DNA from: a virus | Lineage: Duplodnaviria > Caudoviricetes | Reading direction: 5' to 3' (one strand) | Virus record (IMG/VR): IMGVR_UViG_3300017909_003387 | Span: 1-33,340 of that record | Length of the DNA: 33,340 bases | The notes under the pieces: model-generated | What the model saw: only the letters and a program-made list of their open reading frames with translations | Told to the model about the DNA's origin: nothing | Database searches by the model: none | Made by a program: the position numbers and the translations under genes | Part shown: in pieces, positions 28,076-33,340 of the stretch | Layout of the letters: each line of letters begins with the position of its first letter | Position numbering within the stretch: the stretch's first letter is position 1

Positions 28076-28327
28076 TCACCTTGTGTATTTTTTAGTTACT
28101 CTTCCTGCCTTTGTGTTTGCTACAACTGTTTTGCCTTTTGCTCCTGCTCTTTTTTTCTTACGAGCAGTTTTCGCTCTTTCTGCTTTTGACATAGAACGAG
28201 CCTTTGCTAATGGCAAACATCTGTCAGGGTTCTTTTTATTCTTGCTCGTGCCACAAGCACCAAGAATAGAACCATCGGTTCCTATACGAACCCATTTCTG
28301 ATCTCTCCATTTTTTAAGCTCACCCAT
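28076..28327 (-). CDS. Small basic protein (LKKW..QKW...CG...RCLP; DUF5872-like from memory)
   Basis: 83 aa, Lys/Arg-rich. Confidence 0.7.
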   Translation of the reverse strand: MGELKKWRDQKWVRIGTDGSILGACGTSKNKKNPDRCLPLAKARSMSKAERAKTARKKKRAGAKGKTVVANTKAGRVTKKYTR

Positions 28328-28485
28328 TAATAGCTTTTCTCGTCTCCATAATTAGGATTCATAACAATTGAGCCGTTCATCATTTTTGCTCTAGAATCAG
28401 CCTGTGGCTTTCCTGTTGCTGTATATGGATACTTTTCAACTTTCATAACTCCTGTGTCTGGACATTTATATTTTACTGTTGGCAT
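28327..28485 (-). CDS. 52-aa hypothetical protein
   Basis: MPTVKYKCPDTGVMKVEKYPYTATGKPQADSRAKMMNGSIVMNPNYGDEKSY; TAATG coupling. Not in the track. Confidence 0.65.
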   Translation of the reverse strand: MPTVKYKCPDTGVMKVEKYPYTATGKPQADSRAKMMNGSIVMNPNYGDEKSY

Positions 28486-28487
28486 AA

Positions 28488-28604
28488 TTACTTTTTTTTA
28501 GTTTTCTTTTTTCTTTTAAGAGCCTTAAAATCATCTCCTGTAATTTTATCAAAAGGAAATGCAGCTCTTGCTATTCGTCTTTGTGCTTTACTTAATTTAC
28601 TCAT
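28488..28604 (-). CDS. 38-aa basic microprotein
   Basis: MSKLSKAQRRIARAAFPFDKITGDDFKALKRKKKTKKK; ATGA overlap. Not in the track. Confidence 0.7.
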   Translation of the reverse strand: MSKLSKAQRRIARAAFPFDKITGDDFKALKRKKKTKKK

Positions 28605-28726
28605 TTCTTTTTCTTTGACATTTTCTGCATATCCTTAATATGCTTTTCTATTATTTTAGATTGTGCCAAATGCATTTTAGATGCTTTTTTTAATTGAGAC
28701 ACAACTGATCTTAAGCTTTTATCCAT
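28601..28726 (-). CDS. 41-aa basic helical microprotein
   Basis: MDKSLRSVVSQLKKASKMHLAQSKIIEKHIKDMQKMSKKKK; TAATG and ATGA overlaps. Not in the track. Confidence 0.7.
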   Translation of the reverse strand: MDKSLRSVVSQLKKASKMHLAQSKIIEKHIKDMQKMSKKKK

Positions 28727-28887
28727 TACTTTTTCTTTTTAGCACCCTTAGCGTAATTGGGATCTTTACAATATTTACTCGCTGCCATATTCGCATACGC
28801 TGACGGATATGTGTCAAAAGTTCTTTTTGCCCAAGCTATTCCTGCTGGACAAATCTTATTACCTTTTCTTTTTTTTGCTTTACTCAT
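28726..28887 (-). CDS. 53-aa basic protein with YPSAYAN motif
   Basis: MSKAKKRKGNKICPAGIAWAKRTFDTYPSAYANMAASKYCKDPNYAKGAKKKK; TAATG overlaps at both ends. Not in the track. Confidence 0.75.
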   Translation of the reverse strand: MSKAKKRKGNKICPAGIAWAKRTFDTYPSAYANMAASKYCKDPNYAKGAKKKK

Positions 28888-29630
28888 TATACTGCTTCAA
28901 ATCCTAATGTCATTTCCATTTCTCCATCCGATGTTCCAATCGTTCCCGTTTCTACTCCTGAGATATTAATTATATCGCCTGCAACTAAATTAATATTTAA
29001 TCCTGTTGCAAATTTTGCAGGGAATGTATTATTATCTGCTACAGTTAATAAAATTCCTGAAATGTCTATGGGAGTTCCATAGTTTGCAGTTATAGTAACT
29101 GATCCTGTAGGATTAGTCATTTTATAAAGCTTCACTTGCCATGTATCAGATCCATTAAGAATGGTAACAGCTGAATTAGAAATCCACTTGACACTTGCTG
29201 AAACTAATTTACAGTCAAAAGGGATTGTAAGCACAGAAGAGTTACCAGCAGCAGGAACTGCCTTTACACCAAACTCTAGCGTATCGCCAAAGATTCCTGG
29301 TGAACCTCCGAACAAATTTTGGAATGTTCCTGTTACCATGAAAGTGTTTTTCTGCGTGTTTGTAATTGTTATATCTTGTCCTGCATTAGATACATCTATG
29401 TGATCGCCTCCTAGCAATTGAATATTGAAAATATTTCCAGTGCTAGGGCCACCTACTCCTTCAAGAGCAATGCTCGCACCTCCCTGTACAACAGATGCAT
29501 CTAATTCATAAGTGCTATCAAGAGCTGCTGGAACTATTTGTATATTGTCTGTAGATTTATATCCTACTACATATTCTATATCACTATGGGTAGTTCCTAG
29601 TGTAAATTGTGAGAATTTTTTATTTGCCAT
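28887..29630 (-). CDS. Beta-rich virion appendage/fibre protein
   Basis: 247 aa; fibre-type N-terminus MANKKFSQF and a C-terminal beta-sandwich-like region (IPFDCKLVSASV...LVAGDII). Confidence 0.5.
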   Translation of the reverse strand: MANKKFSQFTLGTTHSDIEYVVGYKSTDNIQIVPAALDSTYELDASVVQGGASIALEGVGGPSTGNIFNIQLLGGDHIDVSNAGQDITITNTQKNTFMVTGTFQNLFGGSPGIFGDTLEFGVKAVPAAGNSSVLTIPFDCKLVSASVKWISNSAVTILNGSDTWQVKLYKMTNPTGSVTITANYGTPIDISGILLTVADNNTFPAKFATGLNINLVAGDIINISGVETGTIGTSDGEMEMTLGFEAV

Positions 29631-29644
29631 TTTTATTTATTTAT

Positions 29645-29800
29645 TTATGGGCAGGTTTCAGGAATCATCCTAAATTGTCCTACCTCTTGTTCACAAAACT
29701 CATCTATCTCTGTTATTATAAAACAAAGCTCGGGAATTGCAGTATTTTGTTTTTGTGGAAATGAAGTTCCATTTCCTATGCCATTTGCTAATCCACTCAT
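29645..29800 (-). CDS. 51-aa hypothetical protein, possibly a virion adaptor
   Basis: MSGLANGIGNGTSFPQKQNTAIPELCFIITEIDEFCEQEVGQFRMIPETCP fills the gap. Not in the track. Confidence 0.6.
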   Translation of the reverse strand: MSGLANGIGNGTSFPQKQNTAIPELCFIITEIDEFCEQEVGQFRMIPETCP

Positions 29801-29806
29801 AAGTTA

Positions 29807-30121
29807 TTATTTACCACCTGTGTTTCCTTTATTCTTCCTCCCTTTTCCTTTTTTACCACGAGCCCTTCTATCTCCAGGAGTATTTGTTTTACTTCCTCTG
29901 TTTTTCTTTTCAGATTCTAAAACATATTTCCCTTTTCCTTTACGAGAAACATCGAGCCCGTCATAGTTGCCATAAGTTCCAAATCTTCTATTTGCTCTAT
30001 TGTCAGCAACTCTTTGTTTGATTGATTTCTTTTTTTTATTATACTTGCTTTGGTATGCTCTGTGTTTGGCACGAGCCTTTTTATTCTTACGATAATACCT
30101 CGCTGTTCTTCCAAGCGCCAT
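29807..30121 (-). CDS. Highly basic protein with a degenerate HNH-like motif
   Basis: R...NRANR....YDGLDVSR......LESEKKNRG resembles the phage GDGKDV(S/D)H...NR HNH-like family. Confidence 0.55.
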   Translation of the reverse strand: MALGRTARYYRKNKKARAKHRAYQSKYNKKKKSIKQRVADNRANRRFGTYGNYDGLDVSRKGKGKYVLESEKKNRGSKTNTPGDRRARGKKGKGRKNKGNTGGK

Positions 30122-30133
30122 AATTAAAAAAGT

Positions 30134-30149
30134 TATCTTTGCAAAGATA
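30134..30149. promoter_or_regulatory. Palindromic bidirectional promoter core TATCTTTGCAAAGATA
   Basis: Perfect 16-bp palindrome made of two abutting TAnnTTTG boxes, between divergent ATGs at 30121 (-) and 30163 (+). Confidence 0.75.
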
Positions 30150-30162
30150 CAAATTTAATCTA

Positions 30163-30579
30163 ATGCAAAATGACTACTTAAAATACTGGAAAGTGGTTCG
30201 TCAATGGGCAAGATCAACTTACAAGTTGTCCACCTCGGAAATAGAAATGCTTTTATTTTTATATAGCGAAGGTTACTTTACTAGAAAAGACTTTGAAGAA
30301 TACAATGAAATTATGTCGTGGGACAAAAGACGATTTGATAATCTTCTTAGAAATGGATGGATAATAAAGTGGCGTAAAAAACAAGGTAGAGAATCTATAC
30401 TATACGACTTAGCGTATAAAAGTAAGCGCTTATGCGCTTCGATTTACAAAAAATTAAACAAAGAGGAGGCTATATCCGAAGATCGTAGAAAAAATCCGAT
30501 GTTCAGATCAAGTGCTAAGTATTCCGATAAAGTGTATCGTAAGGTTATAAAGAAAATGAATCAAGAAAGAAAGTCATAA
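30163..30579 (+). CDS. Winged helix-turn-helix (MarR-like) DNA-binding protein
   Basis: LSTSEIEMLLFLY....FTRKDF...FDNLLRNGWI.......ILYDLAYKSK. The ATG at 30163 is preferred over the track's TTG at 30139, which lies inside the promoter box. Confidence 0.65.
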   Translation: MQNDYLKYWKVVRQWARSTYKLSTSEIEMLLFLYSEGYFTRKDFEEYNEIMSWDKRRFDNLLRNGWIIKWRKKQGRESILYDLAYKSKRLCASIYKKLNKEEAISEDRRKNPMFRSSAKYSDKVYRKVIKKMNQERKS

Positions 30580-30831
30580 TACTACAACTATATCTCTTTC
30601 CTGAATTATACTTACCATATCTTCATGCAACATCATCTTGTGTCCTGCTGCTTTGTCGTAATATATAATATCACCCTCCTTAACAACAGACACTTCAGTC
30701 CCTGGTAAAAGTATCAATCCTTTTTTGTATCTTAGTTGGTTGCTGTCTTCGGAAGTAAGCAAAATACCTGATTCTGTTTTTTGCTGTTCTTCTATTTCAG
30801 TTACAACTATATACTTCCCTACTGCTTTCAT
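30574..30831 (-). CDS. groES: Co-chaperonin GroES (cpn10)
   Basis: MKAVGKYIVV, mobile loop KTESGILL, VKEGDIIYY, IIQERDIVVV. Confidence 0.9.
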   Translation of the reverse strand: MKAVGKYIVVTEIEEQQKTESGILLTSEDSNQLRYKKGLILLPGTEVSVVKEGDIIYYDKAAGHKMMLHEDMVSIIQERDIVVVL

Positions 30832-30959
30832 ACAACTTCTTTTTCGTGCACTTCTTTTTTATAGATACTGTAACCATTCTTTTTCAAAAACGCGATAGCG
30901 TTTTTAATTTTTTCCTGTTCAGCTCTATAACTGTCAAATATTTGATTATGTATAACCAT
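30828..30959 (-). CDS. 43-aa hypothetical protein
   Basis: MVIHNQIFDSYRAEQEKIKNAIAFLKKNGYSIYKKEVHEKEVV; ATGA-coupled to groES. Not in the track. Confidence 0.65.
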   Translation of the reverse strand: MVIHNQIFDSYRAEQEKIKNAIAFLKKNGYSIYKKEVHEKEVV

Positions 30960-30978
30960 TTTTATTTATTTAAATTAA

Positions 30979-31113
30979 CTATCTTCCTTGGCCTCTATAT
31001 CTTTTAAGATAATTCTTACTATGCTTTACTTTACTGCTTTTAGTTTTAGAGTGTATTCTTTTTCTCTTTCTACTTTTAGTTTTGTAATCAGCAATTGTAA
31101 GTTTTCTAGCCAT
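30979..31113 (-). CDS. 44-aa very basic protein ending YRGQGR
   Basis: MARKLTIADYKTKSRKRKRIHSKTKSSKVKHSKNYLKRYRGQGR; overlaps the groEL stop. Not in the track. Confidence 0.7.
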   Translation of the reverse strand: MARKLTIADYKTKSRKRKRIHSKTKSSKVKHSKNYLKRYRGQGR

Positions 31114-32683
31114 TTTTTCTTTTCATTGTTACTATTGCGTTTGTTGTTAGTATGGTTGTAGCCACACTAACTGCATTTTTCAATGCATTCTTTGTTACTT
31201 TGGCAGGATCTATAATCCCCATCTTATACATGTCGCCAAATTTTTTATTCTTGACATCATATCCGTAATTGTGTGGTACTTCATTACAATTACAAACTTC
31301 ATCTCTAATTTTTTTTACATCCTCACCCGCGTTCATGAGTATTTGTTCTATTGGTTGGCATAATGCTCCGTATAATATGTCGCATGCATGTCCATCGTCT
31401 AAAGATTCTGCTGCTCTTAGTAAAGATATCCCTCCTCCTGGAAGTATTCCTTCTTCAACGGCTGATCTTACGGCACACACCGCATCCTCGATGCGGTCAA
31501 ATTTTTCTTTTTGCTCAATATCTGAGTTTCCGCCCACATATAGCACTCCAACTCCGCCTGACAACAAAGCAATCCTTTCATTTATAAAATCTTTCTCTGC
31601 TTTTATTTTATTATTGTCTCTTTGCACCTTTAATTCTTCAATTCTTTCAGTAATTTGTGGATTTTCGTTATGATTTGTTACAATCACACTAGAATTTTGT
31701 CCAATTATTACTTTTTCTGCATACCCAAGCTCTTTCATAGACAATAATCCAAGATTATCACCCTGTGATTCGCTAAAATATGTGGCTCCTGTAGCCAAAG
31801 CAATGTCAGAAAGCAATTCATTGGTACGATATCCGAATGAAGGTGGTATAATATTGCAAAGTTTTAAATTGTTCTGGACAACATTAGCCGCTAAGGTGTT
31901 TACAACACCCTGAACACAGTTTCCTATGATTAATAATTTTTTATTTTGGTTGATTATTGGTTTCAGCACAGATTCTATTTGAAGAATATTAGTAATTTCC
32001 ATGTCTGTTACTAAAATCAACACATCATCCAACACACATTCATCGTTTCTTTGATTATTTACAAATAGTTTAGAAGTATATCCTCTATCTACTTTGATTC
32101 CTTTCGTAATATCGTAATAAGTTTCTTCTGTCTTACTGTTTTCTACAGTCAACACTCCGTCTTTGCCTAATTCTTTGTAGGCATTGGCTATCATCTTTCC
32201 AAGTTCTTGATCATTATTGGCAGATATAGTGGCTACATCTTTCAATGTCTTGCCTGTTACCTTTTTTGATTCTTTATTAAGCTTGTCAATTATATTGTTA
32301 CACTCACGATTGATTTCCCTAACAAGTTCAGACTTGTTTATGTTCTCTTCTCTTTTGAATAACTGTAAACCTTCACGAACAATTGCTTCAGTTAATACAA
32401 TTGCCGTAGTTGTTCCATCACCTGCAGAGTTTGCTGTTCTTTCAGCCGCCTCTTTCATCATCCTCACTGCAAGATTCTCTACTGAATCTTCTAGATCAAT
32501 AGATTTTGCAACGGTGACTCCGTCTTTAGTAATGGTAATTCCGTGTGTATGGTTTTGGGATTCAATCAGCACAGTTTGACCTAGTGGGCCTAAAGTACTT
32601 TTAACTGCTTTTGCTATTTTGCTGATGCCGTTTAATAGTTTATCTCTCCCCTCTTCGTCAAACGAAAGTTTCTTTGGATTCAT
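31106..32683 (-). CDS. groEL: Chaperonin GroEL (cpn60), phage-encoded
   Basis: VKSTLGP.G, ITKDGVTVAK, AGDGTTT, ISANND, DRGY.S, RIEDA, ILPGGG, GIIDPAKV motifs. Start reassigned to ATG 32683 (MNPKKL); no GGM tail. Confidence 0.95.
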   Translation of the reverse strand: MNPKKLSFDEEGRDKLLNGISKIAKAVKSTLGPLGQTVLIESQNHTHGITITKDGVTVAKSIDLEDSVENLAVRMMKEAAERTANSAGDGTTTAIVLTEAIVREGLQLFKREENINKSELVREINRECNNIIDKLNKESKKVTGKTLKDVATISANNDQELGKMIANAYKELGKDGVLTVENSKTEETYYDITKGIKVDRGYTSKLFVNNQRNDECVLDDVLILVTDMEITNILQIESVLKPIINQNKKLLIIGNCVQGVVNTLAANVVQNNLKLCNIIPPSFGYRTNELLSDIALATGATYFSESQGDNLGLLSMKELGYAEKVIIGQNSSVIVTNHNENPQITERIEELKVQRDNNKIKAEKDFINERIALLSGGVGVLYVGGNSDIEQKEKFDRIEDAVCAVRSAVEEGILPGGGISLLRAAESLDDGHACDILYGALCQPIEQILMNAGEDVKKIRDEVCNCNEVPHNYGYDVKNKKFGDMYKMGIIDPAKVTKNALKNAVSVATTILTTNAIVTMKRKNG

Positions 32684-32705
32684 GTATATTAAATTTAATT
32701 TAAAA

Positions 32706-32713
32706 CAAATATA
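32706..32713 (-). promoter_or_regulatory. Bacteroidota -7 promoter box TATATTTG upstream of groEL
   Basis: Exact TAnnTTTG 22 nt upstream of ATG 32683. Confidence 0.6.
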
Positions 32714-32728
32714 CAAATAATATTGTAA

Positions 32729-32915
32729 ATGTCGTATGTCGTTTTTACACTCCCCTATACTCTCTTATAGTAAATGCTTCTTTTTTATTTTATTTTTTTT
32801 AATAAATTATATATAAAATCGACATAATCGACATAAAATTGATAATCAAACAGTTAGAGTAAAAAAAATCAACATACTATTGACATGAGTCGACACAAAA
32901 CCCAAAAAACGACAC
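32729..32915. repeat. Array of CGACAY-type hexamer repeats around an AT-rich tract and an IHF-consensus site
   Basis: ATGTCG at 32729 and 32736 (inverted); CGACAT at 32820 and 32829; CAACAT 32870; TGACAT 32881; CGACAC 32891 and 32910; AATCAA-ACAG-TTA at 32844-32856. Confidence 0.75.
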
Positions 32916-32946
32916 AAAAAAAAGAGGCTGACTAAAATCAACCTCT
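32916..32946 (-). terminator. Rho-independent terminator
   Basis: Minus strand AGAGGTTGA-ttttag-TCAGCCTCT (one G-U pair) followed by a T run. Confidence 0.8.
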
Positions 32947-32981
32947 CTTCCGTGAAACACAAATTAACTCTGGGAAGAAAG

Positions 32982-33188
32982 TTATCTGTAAATACTTTTG
33001 AAATCTTTTCTCATTTCAGCAAGTTCAATGCCTTCTGCCATCAAACTAATTTTCTTAGCACGATCCTTTGCTTGTTTGAAACTCGCTAGTTTTTTTATTC
33101 CCATTTCGTAATACTGACCATGACCATCAAGCTCATGTCTGTTTCTCTCTGCGAGATACTCTTTCATTATCGGTTTTTTACTATGCAT
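32982..33188 (-). CDS. Hypothetical protein
   Basis: 68-aa ORF followed by the terminator; overlaps the upstream ORF. Confidence 0.55.
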   Translation of the reverse strand: MHSKKPIMKEYLAERNRHELDGHGQYYEMGIKKLASFKQAKDRAKKISLMAEGIELAEMRKDFKSIYR

Positions 33189-33336
33189 TTTCTTGCCATT
33201 TAAAATTTAAACTTATGATCCCTAAATAAATTACTAATTCATTGTAAGGATATTTAATCGTTGCTCCGAAATAACTCCACCCTAAGGCGAAACCAATCGA
33301 GAGTCTTTCTTGTATTTCTAATTTAACTTCTTCCAT
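33181..33336 (-). CDS. 51-aa hydrophobic hypothetical protein
   Basis: MEEVKLEIQERLSIGFALGWSYFGATIKYPYNELVIYLGIISLNFKWQENA. Not in the track; the true start could lie beyond the window edge. Confidence 0.55.
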   Translation of the reverse strand: MEEVKLEIQERLSIGFALGWSYFGATIKYPYNELVIYLGIISLNFKWQENA

Positions 33337-33340
33337 AAAA

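Noticed and set aside
28488-28604. EF-hand in the 38-aa microprotein (DKITGDDF)
   Set aside because: Only the second half of the loop resembles an EF-hand; the DxDxD ligands are replaced by AAFPF, so Ca2+ binding is unsupported.
4545-30114. Nested alternative-frame minus ORFs (4545-4742, 25759-25995, 27873-28079, 29917-30114)
   Set aside because: Fully inside better genes with no motifs. 25759-25995 was checked as a possible embedded o-spanin but has no signal peptide or lipobox Cys.
1224-32579. Numerous short plus-strand ORFs (e.g. 1466-1894, 13820-14131, 20953-21222, 28757-28969, 31269-31673, 32217-32579)
   Set aside because: All are antisense to well-supported minus-strand genes and show the Ser/Pro/Phe-rich composition of reverse-frame shadows. 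Only 30163-30579 occupies its own space.
30574-32683. groEL/groES as host chromosomal genes marking a prophage boundary
   Set aside because: Reversed order, strong divergence, no GGM tail, and phage-type micro-ORFs between and around them. No integrase or att site is evident in the window.
32684-32716. N-terminal extension of GroEL (MYICFKLNLIY) in the track
   Set aside because: It overlaps the TATATTTG promoter box and A/T leader; GroEL similarity begins at MNPKKL (32683).
32729-32915. CRISPR array or tRNA in the non-coding region
   Set aside because: Repeats are only about 6-9 nt with irregular spacing, and I could not find a cloverleaf or T-loop motif.
1-33340. Stop-codon reassignment as seen in some crAss-like phages
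   Set aside because: Genes are full length in the standard code; TAG and TGA end genes at tight junctions and ATGA overlaps; no suppressor tRNA seen.

Overview
The whole window is the structural/late arm of an AT-rich tailed phage, most likely short-tailed and infecting a Bacteroidota (probably Flavobacteriia) host. The host inference rests on TAnnTTTG -7 promoter boxes, A-rich leaders without Shine-Dalgarno sites, and Sec signal peptides cleaved before Gln. Almost all genes are on the minus strand. In transcription order (right to left): two small ORFs and a terminator; a non-coding CGACAY-repeat array with an IHF-consensus site; groEL, two micro-ORFs and groES; a lone plus-strand winged-helix gene sharing a palindromic bidirectional promoter with the late operon; a dense run of basic microproteins (many missing from the ORF track) and head-decoration genes; an unusual lysis/envelope cassette (TM coiled-coil protein, Cys-less secreted thioredoxin fold, predicted outer-membrane beta-barrel, M15 endolysin, holin); a YadA-like tail fibre; a tandem double-GroES protein; small and large terminase, portal, scaffold and major capsid; ring/tail-tube proteins; an apparently split tail stabilization (muzzle) protein; a GNAT-like protein; and internal virion proteins running off the left edge. 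The best candidates for undescribed biology are (i) a three-part phage chaperonin system (GroEL with altered inter-ring contacts, roofless GroES, cpn20-like tandem GroES beside the terminase) and (ii) the barrel/thioredoxin/coiled-coil envelope module inside the lysis cassette. All family calls come from motif recognition by eye; no database searches were run.
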